The translations under genes were made by a program, and so were the position numbers. A model generated the notes under the pieces. That model worked only from the letters and a program-made list of their open reading frames with translations, was not told the origin of the DNA and did no database searches. Shown piece after piece: positions 1-12,442 of a DNA stretch of 64,000 bases (its first letter is position 1; each line of letters opens with the position of its first letter). This DNA comes from Octopus sinensis (lineage: Eukaryota), in NCBI RefSeq assembly GCF_006345805.1, contig NC_043006.1, forward strand, positions 39,122,001 to 39,186,000. Direction: 5' to 3'.

Positions 1-160
1 CTACCAGCATGGCTGAAAAAAACTGGTACAAATGTAAAGATACAGTACCTAAAATAAATCAGCATTTCTTGGAACTGAAAGAACTGGCATTACTTGAAAC
101 TGCATGCATATTACGTAAAGTACTGCTTGTCTGAGGTCCTTGTTATGACTTGACAGGCAG
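1..160 (+). mobile_element. 3' end of RLE-type (R4/Dong-like) non-LTR retrotransposon remnant
   Basis: Frameshifted translation LPAWLKKTGTNV...KSAFLGTER and LKELALLETACILRKVLLV* resembles the QKxALLGTAxILRKVL C-terminus of restriction-like-endonuclease LINEs; a homologous piece lies at 11685-11830. Confidence 0.7.
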
Positions 161-1449
161 TACAAACCCACACCTTTGTAGACATAATATCTTCAATCAA
201 CAACATCATGATATTGGATACTGTGTGATGTCTTAAAAATAATAATTGTTTCTAATTTTGGTAGAAACCCAAGGTGTCACACAGTGGGACCGAACTGAAG
301 CCATGTTTCTGGAAAGCAAACTTATTAACCATGCAGCCAAGCCTGCACCTATTTATATATTAAAACTGAATGCAGTCAGACAGGAGACAAGACAGAAAAT
401 ATTAAGCAGAGCCAAATATTATTAATTTTATTTTGTATTTTTGTGTTTTAGTTTCTCATATTTCTATTGTAACATCTCTATCTCCATCCTCACAAAGTAC
501 AAACATACTGATGTATTTTACAAACAATCTTCGCTTAATTATCAAATAATTAATTGGTTGATTACATTAATTGACTTTCTAATAAATCATTATTATTTAG
601 AAATTTCATAAAATTGTTATGTTTATGTGAGCGTATATGTTGTTTAATTCAACAAGTGAATGTTCTTATCAGCATTGACAGTTTCATGAAATAACCACAT
701 ACAGACTGTGAACCAAGGTAGGTTAATATAATAAGCTTCATTTCCTAGCTGCATAATCTTATATCTAGGGACAGGGATGAAGTAGCTCAAATAATCTTTA
801 TGAGATCAACTGAATATCAAATATATACCTTATAATCCTCTACTGTGCTTGAAGATCAGTTCAAGACATTTGTACTGAACACCAATGTGGAGAAGATATT
901 TTTGTTTGAAAAGGATTTAAGGGAAATCTTTACCTCAACAATAAATTAATAGATAACCTTCTGCCTTGGTTGGAGTTATCTTCTAGGCTTATTATGGAAA
1001 CATAAGCCCACAGATAATACTATTGCTTTCAAATGAGTAAGACACCCAAGAGAGATATAAAAAAAATCTTATGGAGGAGAAAAAATGAGTTTGGAGTTTT
1101 ATGGGGAAGAAAATAGACTAGGATAATCAAGATTTCTTGCATAAGAATAAATCCTTGAATGGATTAGGAGAGGAAGCATGAAATTATATTGTATGCATGT
1201 CTTTTTTTTGAGAGATATAAGTACTGAGATTGAATCCTAAACAGAGACCACTGTTTCGTAAGAATTATGATATATATACACACACATATATACATATATA
1301 TACATATATACGAACCCTTTATTCGCAATATTACCGAATCTGGAACATAACTATGGTCTGTCTATAAGACTTATTCAGCATTACCTGACAACTTTGGGTT
1401 TCAATGACACCATTATCTCATATATATATATATACATACATACATATAT

Positions 1450-1483
<34 letters not shown>

Positions 1484-1484
1484 C

Positions 1485-1905
1485 GTAAAGCACAGGAGTG
1501 GTTGTGTTGTAAGTAGCTTGCTTCCAAAACCATATGGTTCCAGGTTCAGTACCACAGCATGGCCCCTTGGGCATGTCTCTTCTACTATAGCCTTGGGCCA
1601 ACCAAAGCCTTGTGAGTGGATTTGGTAGATGGAATCTGAAAGAAGACTGTCGTATATATATATATATATAATATATATATATATATTTGTGTGTGTGTGT
1701 GTATGTTTCTCCCTCCACAATCGCATGACAACCGATGCTGGTGTGTTTATGTCCCCGTAACTTAGCAGTTTGGCTTAAGAGACCGATAGAATAAGTACTA
1801 GGCTTACAAAGAATAAGTCTGGGGGTCGATTTGTTTGACTAAAATTCAGTGCTCCAGCATGGCTACAGTTAAATGACTGAAACAAATAAATAAAAGAATG
1901 AAAGA
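1485..1905 (+). mobile_element. tRNA-derived SINE, family A (head, microsatellite, tail)
   Basis: Head GCACAGGAGTGGTTGTG...GGTTCCAGGTTCAGTACC (Pol III A/B-box-like), CCTTGGGCA core, internal (TA)n/(TG)n, tail ending CCAGCATGGCTACAGTTAAATGACTGAAACAAATAAA; more than 20 homologues in the window. Confidence 0.9.
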
Positions 1906-1914
1906 ATATATATA

Positions 1915-2765
1915 CAGGGTGCATAAATTATTTGAAGACATACATTTTGGGGGTCATTGCTGCATTTTTTGCTAACTCTGTATAAACTTTGTTTCAGGAA
2001 ATAATAATGGCAGACCCTCAGCTTGCTCAAGAAATGAAGAGGCATGCTGTGATTGTAGTTATAAAGGCTGAGCATAGCAATTTAGAAATATCTCAATTTT
2101 TAAAAGTTGCCAGATTTTTTGTCTACAAAGTTTGTCAGGAGCTAGAGACTGAAGATGAAAATGTATCATGAGTATCAAAGCATAAAAAGCATTCTGAAAG
2201 TTCTGAAATCATCAAAACGAATGAATTTATCCAGCAAGTTCAACAGACCATTGATTACAATCCCTAAAAGTCAATGAGGTCAATTGCAAAAGATTTTCAT
2301 GTGTCAGAAGGAATAGTCAGAAAAGCTGTCCACGAAGAAATCAGATATGTTTTATATGATGAGGAAAGGTCAATTTGTTGGGAAAAGCTAAATAAAATCA
2401 CTACATCAGATCTAAAAGGCTCTAAGATAAAATAAAAATATCCAGCAGAAGATTTGATATAGTTTTTCTCAAACGACGAAGATCAAAAAGTTAACAGAAG
2501 TAATGACAGATGGTTGTGTGCAGACTCTTCTAAAGTTCCAAGTGTTATGCATACAAAATTTCCTGCAACTGTCAGGGTGTTTGGGGTTGTCAGCAATGAA
2601 GGACACGTGAGGCCTCTTTACTTCTTTCCACAAGGCCTTAGAGTTAACTCTGCTGCCTACATTGATGTCCTGGAAATAATTGTTAAACCCTGGACGCAAT
2701 GGAAAGCCATATGTGTTTCAGTAAGACTCTGCTCTATCACACTTGGCTCTAGCAACACAGGAATA
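1915..2765 (+). mobile_element. Degenerate, 3'-truncated Tc1/mariner transposase gene (DD37D/maT-like)
   Basis: Starts TA|CAGGGTG. Fragments MADPQLAQEMKRHAVIV..VARFFVYKV (HTH), TKFPATVRVFGVVSNEGHVRPLYFFPQGLRVNSAAYIDVLEIIVKPW and GKPYVFQ*DSALSH (second catalytic Asp motif FQQDxAPxH), with stops and frameshifts; no right TIR seen. Confidence 0.8.
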
Positions 2766-2879
2766 GGTTTATTTTTTATCCCCACAGCATTTTTTGATAA
2801 ATAAAGTTATCTGTTATTACATACCTGTTTTATTTTTATAATAAAAATAAATATGTACTCAAATATCTTACAATATATA

Positions 2880-3294
2880 TATATACTCTTTATCTTTACT
2901 CTCTTTACTTGTTTCAGTCATTTGACTGCGGCCATGCTGGAGCCCGCCTTCGTCGCAAATCGACCCCGGGACTTATTCTTTGTAAGCCCAGTACTTATTC
3001 TATCGGTCTCTTTTGCCGAACCGCTAATGACGGGGACGTAAACATCACAGATCGGTTGTCAAGCAATGCTAGGGAGACAAACACAGACACAAAACACACA
3101 CACACACATACATATATATAATATATACATATTACGACAGGCTTCTTTCAGTTTCCGTCTACCAAATCCACTCACAAGGCATTGGTTGGCACGGGGCTAT
3201 AGCAGAAGACACTTGCCCAAGATGCCACGCAGTGGGACTGAACCCGGAACATGTGGTTGGTTAGCAAGCTACTTACCACACAGCCACTCCCGCG

Positions 3295-3295
<1 letters not shown>
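2880..3295 (-). mobile_element. SINE family A, full length
   Basis: Reverse complement of the head-(TG)n-tail structure; near-identical to the copy at 57590-58015. Confidence 0.92.
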
Positions 3296-3341
<46 letters not shown>

Positions 3342-3383
3342 ATATATATATATATATATCTATATATATAATATAATATATAT

Positions 3384-3427
<44 letters not shown>

Positions 3428-3479
3428 CACATGCAGGTTTCCGTGGCGCATGTGTTCACCCCAACTGGACAGGACGCCA

Positions 3480-3660
3480 GTCTATCGCAGCCTTACTCAA
3501 AAAACAGAAAGAAAGAGAGAAAGTTGGGGCGAAAGAGTACAGCAGGGTTCGCCATCACCCCCTGCTGGAGCCTCGTGCAGCTTTAGGTGTTTTTGCTCAA
3601 TAAACACACACAACGTCCAGTCAGGAAATCGAAACCACTGGGCCATTGTGCCTCCACGAT
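3480..3660 (-). mobile_element. tRNA-derived SINE, family C (5' part)
   Basis: Minus strand GGAGGCACAATGGCCCAGTGGTTTCGATTTCCTGACTGGACG...GAGCAAAAACACCTAAAGC matches copies at 5510-5815, 18250-18620 and 31635-31845. Confidence 0.8.
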
Positions 3661-4022
3661 GACCTTTCCTAATGCCAACCATTTTACAATGTGTATGGGG
3701 TGCATTTTACATGGCGCCATCAATAGTGCTATTACTTAGTACCCACATGGGTGCTTTATGTTTGGCACTGGCACGAGTGCTTCTTACGTGGCACCAGCGT
3801 TATTGTGTAGTGCCAGCATGGGTGCATTATACGTGGCATCGGCAAAAAATAAACGAAAAGGAAAACATACTAGTGATGTAGTTTTATGGCTGACTCTGGG
3901 CTAAAAAAGAGCAAGAATTTATTTTCAGTTCGTTTTTGTAATCCCATTCATGTCGACGGTAGAGCCATGTCTGCTCTACCCGTTCTGGAAATTATTTCTC
4001 TTTTTTAACTGCCACTACTACG

Positions 4023-4066
<44 letters not shown>

Positions 4067-4356
4067 AACAGTCACTAATCTATCACAGTTAATGTTCTGT
4101 ATCAGAATAACTTAAAATCAATTCTCCAACATCAAGGAAAAGTTAGAAGTTTTGTATCATGTCTGCCATAGTTTATGAACTCACGACCCATCAAACTAGA
4201 AGCATAATAGCTTAACCATAAATCCATTTCAATTCTATTACAAATAAGTAAACAAACGAAAGAAAATGTTTCTGCTTAAGTAAATAGGCGTTTCTTCTGA
4301 AAGATATGTTGAATTCAAAGCAAACAAAATATTTTATTATTAGAAACTAGTCTTAC

Positions 4357-4453
4357 GTTGGTCCACGAAGGTTATTTTGTAAAACATTGTATGTCTCGAT
4401 AGTTAAGTCGTTGTATGTGAGAAGACTAACGTTAACCTCAAATATTGATTGTT
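4357..4453 (-). CDS. Candidate internal coding exon (phase 1 to phase 2) of the minus-strand gene: (E)QSIFEVNVSLLTYNDLTIETYNVLQNNLRGP(T)
   Basis: Polypyrimidine acceptor ending TTTATTTGTCTGTACTCCAAG| and donor AAC|GTAAGA. The 97-nt open frame is non-repetitive and its entry phase matches the phase-1 donor at 49184. Confidence 0.6.
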
Positions 4454-5143
4454 CTTGGAGTACAGACAAATAAAAAAAACAAGAAAAGGTTGCGAATTTG
4501 ACGGTGGATACAATACCAGTGTAGTGTTTGTTCCAGTTCTCAGGTTGTGTTTTAAGTTCAAAACCTACTGAGATCAATTTCGTTATTACATTCTTCAAGG
4601 GTTGTCAAAGAACAAAATAGAGAGCGAGTTGAAATCCCGTCGAGGGCAACTTTGCCTTTTATCTCTTAGAGGTGTGTGTGTGTGGGTCAATAAACTAAAA
4701 TAGCAATCAAATATTGTAAGCGGTGTAACTAAATTGCTTCCTCATGTCAAAAACTGCTGACTTTGAACCCTGCAATGAACTGGTGTCATGTTCAGGCTTA
4801 ACGTTGAGAGCTCGGTAACTTATTCGCCGTCGACCCTGGGCAATCGGCCTAAGGATTCCTAAACACACAAAGAAAATTCTTTAAAAATAAAAATCACAGG
4901 GTCAAACCTTGTTATTCCCTTTCGAAATCAACTATGTTGAGCCAAATGAACAAAAGTTCGTAGGGTGACAATCGCTCTTTACATCCATTGTCACACTAAT
5001 TAAAATGATTTAATGAGGAGATTCGTAAACGCTTTTTAGTGAAACTATCTGTAGCAGAAGTATGGGTTTTTTATTACCCACAAGAGGCCAACAAAGAGGG
5101 GACATTACACGGACAGGTGGGGACATAAAACATAGATAAAAAA

Positions 5144-5287
5144 CAATATTAGAAAATTTTTCAGAAAGATACGAGTATATACGTGTTTAAAATAATTGTT
5201 TACATATATTTTTATATATATTTATATTTTTAATACAATAATTATTTTACACACGTATATATCTTTCTGAAAAATTTTCTAATATTG
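5144..5287. repeat. AT-rich inverted repeat (hairpin)
   Basis: CAATATTAGAAAATTTTTCAGAAAGATA at 5144 is the exact reverse complement of the sequence ending at 5287; inner arms TATATACGTGTTTAAAATAATT / AATTATTTTACACACGTATATA also pair. Confidence 0.85.
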
Positions 5288-5509
5288 ATTTCCTGGTATA
5301 TATAATCGCTCGTATAAAATATTGTGACCTCCTTCGGTCATGAATGACCATGGAATTGCACCTAGAAAGTTACCCTCCGAGGCACAAGTCTGGGCAAGGT
5401 TGTTTATGGAAGACCAGCAGTCGCCCACGCATACCGGTCTCCCCTCTCTATGTTATCCAAGGGAAAAGCAAAGGCCGATACAGCTTGGCACCAATGACGT
5501 CGCAGCTCA

Positions 5510-5815
5510 TTTATTAACGTGCAAGTGGCTGAGCACTCCACAGACACGTGTACCGGGGAGTTTCAACGTGACACAGAGTATGACAAGGCTAACCCCTTTG
5601 AAATACAGGTACAACAGAAACAGAAAGAAAGAGTGAGAGAAAGTTGTGGTGAAAGATTACAGCAGGGTTCACCACCACCCCCTGCCGGAGCCTTCGTGGA
5701 GCTTTAGATGTTTTCGCTCAATAAACACTCACAACGCCCTGTCTGGGAATCGAAACCGCGATCCTATGACCGCGAGTCCGCTGCCCTAACCACTGGGCGA
5801 TTGCGCCTCCACCAT
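5510..5815 (-). mobile_element. SINE family C
   Basis: Minus strand TGGAGGCGCAATCGCCCAGTGGTTAGGGCAGCGGACTCGCGGTCATAGGATCGCGGTTTCGATTCCC is a tRNA-like head, followed by the family body. Confidence 0.88.
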
Positions 5816-6224
5816 ATAAAATATATAAATACTTTAATAGTATTAATAATTTGAGTGAATGGAGCACTCAGTATAAATTCGGTATATAATATTCTCATTG
5901 AATATATATTTAACTAAAGATTTATATAAAAAAAAAAAAACAGATACCAAACATACAAAAACATATAAAACCGTGTGATATAATGCATGAAGATGAAAAT
6001 GATAAATGGAAATGAGCTACCTGTCCCACCTCAGGTAGCGTCACTTACTTCCTTCAATTCCATTAGTCCACCTGTATACCAATGCCGTATTTTTTAGTTA
6101 GTTCATCATATCTCATGTTTTCTGGTATACCTTCTATGTTGTAGTCAATTCTTCAGCTAGATCAAACAACTGCAAGTGGGTCAGGGGCATTACTTATTGA
6201 ACGTCCCTCGTACGTAGAGGGACA

Positions 6225-7265
6225 GAACTCAGAACTATGTGGGTGAGAAGCGAACTTCTTACCACATAGCCACGCCTATACCTACTATGTCAATTTATAT
6301 ACTAGACAGGTTTCTTTCAGCTTCCATGTACGAAATCCACTTAAAGGTTTTAGTAGAAGACACATGCTCAAGGTGCCACAGAGAGGGACTGAACCCGGAA
6401 CCGTGTGGTCGGGATTCTTACCACACAGCCACGCCTATACCTACTATGTCAATTTATATACAAGACAGGTTTCTTTCAGCTTCCATGTACGAAATCCACT
6501 TAAAGGTTTTAGTAGAAGACACATGCTCAAGGTTCCACAGAGAGGGACTGAACCCGGAACTATGCGGGTGAGAATCTAACTTCTTACCACACAGCCACGC
6601 CTATACCTACTATGTCAATTTATATACAAGACAGGTTTTCTTCAGCTTCCATGTACGAAATCCACTTAAAGGTTTTAGTAGAAGACACATGCTCAAGGTG
6701 CCACAGAGAGGGACAGAACCCGGAACCGTGTGATTGAGAATCTAACTTCTTACCACAAAGCCACGCCTATACCTACTATGTCAATTTATATACAAGACAG
6801 GTTTCTTTCAGCTTCCATGTACGAAATCCACTTAAAGGTTTTAGTAGAAGACACATGCTCAAGGTGCCACAGATAAGGACTGAACCCGGAACCGTGTGGT
6901 TGAGAATCTAACTTTTTACCACAAAGCCACGCCTATACCTACTATGTCAATTTATATACAAGACAGGTTTTCTTCAGCTTCCATGTACGAAATCCACTTA
7001 AAGGTTTTAGTAGAAGACACATGCTCAAGGTGCCACAGATAAGGACTGAACCCGGAACCGTGTGGTTGAGAATCTAACTTTTTACCACAAAGCCACGTCT
7101 ATACCTACTATGTCAATTTATATACAAGACAGGTTTTCTTCAGCTTCCATGTACGAAATCCACTTAAAGGTTTTAGTAGAAGACACATGCTCAAGGTGCC
7201 ACAGAGAGGGACTGAACCCGGAAACGTGTGGTTGAGAATCTAACTTCTTACCACACAGCCACGTC
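6225..7265 (-). repeat. Tandem satellite of ~6 SINE-A head units, period 166 bp
   Basis: The (C/T)TTACCAC anchor recurs at 6258, 6417, 6583, 6749, 6915, 7081 and 7247; each unit is the reverse complement of the SINE-A tRNA-like head. Confidence 0.95.
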
Positions 7266-7837
7266 GGCGTCTACTATGTGTAAATTTTCACTGCACGTGA
7301 AAAGATTTCTGAGTGCATTACATAAGATAAAATTTGGCTCTAGTTTTGTAACTACTAAAAGATGCACCAGCACTTTTTTTTTAAAAAATAGATATAATTA
7401 CATTGTACGAAGCATCTTGTTATTTTAAAGTTAACTGTTTTGAACAAATGCAATTTTTATTTTTAGCTTTCTTTTTTTCTTTACGTTGTTCTTTCTTTTT
7501 TTTTTTTTCAGTATGCTAAATGTATAATTTCCTTTGTGGATTCGTTACTTACATACACAACGTGTATAAACACATACATAAATACATGCATACACACACG
7601 TATACCAATATATGTAGACTATATACATGCATGCTTGTACATATATATATAAGTATATACATGCGTGCATACCTACATACGTACATAGATATACATATAT
7701 ATATAGTGCATTAAAGGAGATTCGTAAAATTCATATATATATATATATATATGCATAACACACACACGTGTATATATATATATACACATACATACATGCG
7801 TACATGCCTACATATACATGCATACATATTCAGACAT

Positions 7838-7839
7838 GC

Positions 7840-7937
<98 letters not shown>

Positions 7938-7955
7938 TGATAGATAGATAGATAG
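7838..7955. repeat. (GATA)n microsatellite
   Basis: Directly visible; similar tracts at ~16000-16060, 16365-16550 and 22960-23235. Confidence 0.98.
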
Positions 7956-9844
7956 ATATACATATACATATACATATATGTATATCCATGTACTTATATG
8001 TATATATGAATATATATATATGTGTGTATACATAAGTATGTTTACATATATGTGTATATATATACATTTATAGGAATAAATATGTGAGTGTGTGAAGAGA
8101 TATTGTTCTTAGGTAGAGCACACAAGTAGGAACATGACTTTAATCTCACTGTTGTGCTTTCTACACGGGATATAGGTTCTCTACTGTGCTTAGTTGGTCG
8201 CTTGCTATTTCAATTTACTGTATGAATGTAACCAGTTAGAATCTACTAACGTTACACTCACGCGCTTGTGTGTGTGTGTGTGTGTGGCTTCTTCAGTGAT
8301 TACTGTGGAAAACTAATATATTTATTGAATTATTATGTTATTACTTTCGTTTCGCGGTTATGCAGGGAGCACACACATCGAATATCCTAGCATAAAATAC
8401 TTCTTTAACAAATTGGATGTAAGCTCACCGTAAAACTAACTTCTCTCGCTTAGCGTAGAAGCTAATGAAGGAAGAAACAGCCATATGGGTCCTTTGATCT
8501 ATTTGCCGTTTGTTGTAGTTACTGGACTGTGTCCATGCTGGAGCATCTCCTTGAAGGGTTTTAGTCAAACAGATCACACCCCCTCTCTTGGTACTCATTT
8601 TGTTTTAAGTCAGATATTAATTCCATTGGAGTCCTTTACTGAACCGCTAAGTTATGGGGATGTAAACAAACCAACACCGGTTGTCGATAGCTGGCATAAT
8701 AAATACGCGCGCGCGCGCGCACTCACACACACACACACACACACATACGACAGCTTATACAAGGGTTTCGTCTGATTATCAAATTCACTCATAAGGCATT
8801 AGTTGACCCGGCAGCAAAATTTTTTTCCCACGAGAGTTTCGGACCCCAGTTATAAATCCAATCAGAGCTCTCTTTGACTTTCACAAGTTAACAAACACAC
8901 TCTACCAAGTAAACTCAAGACAAAGAACGGTCTTGTAAGTCGACCGATCGCCATGATATGCCTGATTTTAGAAGGAGACAAGTAATTAGATTTACTTCTA
9001 TACCTATTATCGGATTTTGTTAGGGCCCCATATGGTAAAGATGTAGATGGGAAAAATATGGGTAGAGGGTGATGTGCTAGCAACCCACTCCCTTTACTGT
9101 TTTACAACAGCACAAATAACTACACATAGGCAGCCATGGTTGAAACAAGAACAAGAACAACAAGCATTCTTAAAAGAGAAAGGAAGCATGGTCATTCCCT
9201 ACCCAAGTGACCTTATTTTATCGCCCATAAGTTAGTTTGATAGTTGAGCTCTGACTGGCTGTATGCAAATGACTTCATAACTGGGGTCCGGAACTCTTGT
9301 GAGAAAAAAAATTCGCAGTCCGGTACTATAGTAGAAAAAAACTTGCACGAGGTGTCACACTTCGGGACTGAACCCAAAACAGCGTAGTTGCAAAGTGAGC
9401 TTTACCACCAGCATAGCTGGGGGGGAAGCATTAGGGGTTGCCCCTTCCCCCGGGAGGCACACACTCTAGCTACGCTAATGTTTTAACTACAAGCCTTTTC
9501 TGCGTTTATCTTGTGACTTCTTTTGTTCGTAAAAGTTACCCCCTAATAACATTTTTTACTGCCGGCTTGGATAAAGTGGCAGCGAACTATTTGCGGAAAT
9601 GTGGTGGGGGTGGGGGAACATAGAGAAAAGACTTAGAAAGACAATTGTCGAATATTATGTTTCTACTTTCACTTTCAATGAATACCTAGGATGATTCTGC
9701 TTTGTGGTTAGCACAGTAGCGTAACTAAAGACTGTGTTGCCTAGAGTAACACTTGATTTTACCACCCACGAGTCCACAAGCTTATTTAGGCTTAGACAAC
9801 AGGCTCAAACATACTTCCTCCGTAAAAACATCACCCGGAGCGGA

Positions 9845-9940
9845 TCGTCACCCTTGCCATCCATGTAAAAGCGTTACCCGGGGCGTATCGTCACCCTTGC
9901 CATCCACGTAAAAGCGTTACCCGGGGCGTATCGTCACCAT
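9845..9940. repeat. 43-bp tandem repeat (~2.2 copies), possibly inside a degenerate hAT-like MITE (9714-9966)
   Basis: TCGTCACCCTTGCCATCCAYGTAAAAGCGTTACCCGGGGCGTA starts at 9845 and 9888, with a partial third copy at 9931. Flanks CAGTAGCGTA...TACGCCACTG are inverted, but no TSD was found. Confidence 0.7.
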
Positions 9941-10310
9941 TGCTACTCCAACTATCTACGCCACTGGGCCACCGAAGATTTTGGAATGGGTACTTGCCTT
10001 TCAATGAAAATGCTTTATTGCTAATAGCGATTCTTGAGTCAATTATTTGTTTTTGAATAAAAAAATATCTTGGATTGCAAGCTACTACAAAAATGAACAA
10101 CAATGCCAAATTCTAAACAATCTCACGCAATTATTCTCCCTGGAGACTTCACAGTGAATCAGTGAATGGTTGAATAAATGGGATATTGAACTTATTCAAC
10201 AATACAAAAATGAACGACGACATATTTTAACTTCAAACCAAGATATCCTCTTTCTTTCTTTCTTTCTTTATTTATTTATTTATTTATTTATTTCTCTCTA
10301 TCTCTACATA

Positions 10311-10353
<43 letters not shown>

Positions 10354-11310
10354 CACACATATTTATATATGTATTATTTATATATGCATATGTATATATA
10401 TATAAATATATATACGTACACACACACACACACTCACACACACACACACACACATACACACACACATATAAACAACTTGTTTCCTTCCACCTACGCTATA
10501 AACTACCCTCATAATATCCCCCAAAACACTTTTACAGCTTTACACAAAACAAGTACGATGTGTGTATGCGCGCGCGGTGCACGTATGTCTATATATGATT
10601 ATTGCTTGTATGCAAATATACATATATATACAATGCACATATATGTGTTTATATGTTCATGTGTGTATATTTACACACATACTTTAAAGTCTCTACCATC
10701 TCCCCTTGATAGCTCTGCAAATAAATGATTTTCTGAACTAAAGATTATTTGCCAACATAAAATGGCAGTCCTGGTTTAGGACGAATATTGCTGCAATTTA
10801 GCCCCAGGAGACATCGTCTCCAGCTGGCTATACTACACGATCTGTGTCATATTTTCGAACAAGGGAATCTAGCACCCCAACTCAGGTCAAAACAATATCT
10901 GTGTATCGCGATTTCCGAGTTATTTCTCTTTCATTGAAACCTACCCGACAGATACACGCCCATTCCTTATCCTTACAGACTCACATCCTTTCAGATCATG
11001 CTGAACACGTTCGGTTCAAATACGGAAACTACTTATAATAGATCTCTCTACCTACATTTTTCTTCTTATAGTTACTTCTGCAGGCGTTCATACAGATGTC
11101 AAACTGAAATCAAACACATCCATCGTTAATCTAATCCTTCTGGAGGTTTTACAGACATCAATAAAGTTTTACTCTACTCAGGTATGTTCGTTGTTCCAAT
11201 TAAGCTTCAAACTCCATCAAAATGTGTAATTTTGGAAGACTGAAAATGCCATCAGCATTCTCCATTACAACAAAACAAAATAATTTGAATTAATAATCTA
11301 AATAATAATA

Positions 11311-11360
<50 letters not shown>

Positions 11361-11379
11361 AGTGATGATGATGATGATG

Positions 11380-11452
<73 letters not shown>

Positions 11453-11454
11453 CC

Positions 11455-11680
11455 TTTCTGCTATAGGCACAGGGCTCGAAATTTTGGGGGAAGAGAACAG
11501 TAGACTTTATCGACCCCAGTGTTCAACTGGTATTTATTTCATCAACCTCGAAAGGATAAAAAACAAAGACGATCTCGGCGGAATTTGAACTCAGAACGTA
11601 TCGACAGAAGAAATGCCGGTAAGAATTTTTCCCGGTGCGGTAACGATTGAGTAGTTGAAGTGGGAAGTACGCAGGTTGTG
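11455..11680 (-). mobile_element. tRNA-derived SINE, family B
   Basis: Contains the family core ATCGACCCCAGTG...GAAAGGAT...CTCGGCGGAATTTGAACTCAGAACG; its reverse complement GCCTTTCATCCTTTCGGGGTCGATAAA resembles the MetaSINE central domain as I recall it. Confidence 0.85.
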
Positions 11681-11684
11681 TGCA

Positions 11685-11830
11685 ACTACCAATATGGCTC
11701 AAAAAGATTGGTACAAATGTAAGGAGAGAACGTCTACAAAAATCATCATTGCTTGGAAGTGCAAGAGTTATCAACATGATGAGTAAACAAGTGTCACCCC
11801 AGTCTGCTGGCTGTGGACAGCTGACATTTT
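11685..11830 (+). mobile_element. 3' end of RLE-type LINE remnant
   Basis: Translation PIWLKKIGTNVRRERLQKSSLLGSARVIN matches the QKSALLGTARI motif. Confidence 0.7.
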
Positions 11831-11876
11831 CCAGCATACCCATCAAAATAAGCTGAGAGTTTTCATCAAAATAATA

Positions 11877-12442
11877 TTGGGTTGTCCGGAAAGTTCGTGC
11901 CGATTTTTAAAGGCAGGAAAAAGGTCAATAAATACTTGTCATTACATTTTTAATCAACCAAATATGAAGTATTTTTTTGCACAATGTGTCTCCATTTTCC
12001 ATTTAACTTGAAAATACCCTCTTCCCAGAATTGAGGTGGTTTCGTGGCAAAGAATTCATCAATGTATCTTTTTACGTCATCCAAGGAATTGAAATTTTTA
12101 TCATTAAGACTATTCTGCAGAGACCTGAATTAGTGGAAATCCGAAGGAGCAATATCTGGTGAATATGGAGGGTGGGGTAAGGCATAACAGCCGAGCTGCA
12201 GCAATTTTTGTCTGGTTCCCAAAGCATCAAGTGCCGAAAATGAACTTTCTTATCTTCCATTTTAAAGGGTTACAGAATTAACACAGGTTATAGGAACATA
12301 AACGTTCTTCCGCGAAAAGATAGCTTAAACTGTGCTCTAAATGGAGGTGTAGTCAAATCCTATTTTATGGACTGAACCATGTTCTAAAATAAGTCGAAAG
12401 GTAAGCTACTATAAATCGGCATGACCTTTCTGGACAACCCAA
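11877..12442 (-). mobile_element. Internally deleted mariner (DD34D) element with both TIRs and TA TSDs
   Basis: TA|TTGGGTTGTCCGGAAAGTTCGTGCCGATTT...AAATCGGCATGACCTTTCTGGACAACCCAA|TA. The minus strand encodes MEDKKVHFRHLMLWE, then (after a deletion) LPHPPYSPDIAPSDFH and the C-terminus. Confidence 0.93.

Noticed and set aside
700-1260. Possible degraded L1/Tx1 ORF2; a similar AT-rich block at 52690-53350 has a hint of a CCHC knuckle
   Set aside because: Too many stops and no motif I could anchor with confidence.
6020-6200. Minus-strand segment with a perfect GAA|GTAAGT donor
   Set aside because: All frames from the nearest acceptor contain stops; it looks like a decayed LINE fragment.
10775-10800. 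GTCC-loop-GGAC-GAA resembling hammerhead stem II
   Set aside because: No adjacent CUGANGA and only GAA rather than GAAA.
11085-11181. Plus-strand exon-like segment (TTCTGCAG|...CAG|GTATGT)
   Set aside because: Stops in all three frames; at most non-coding.
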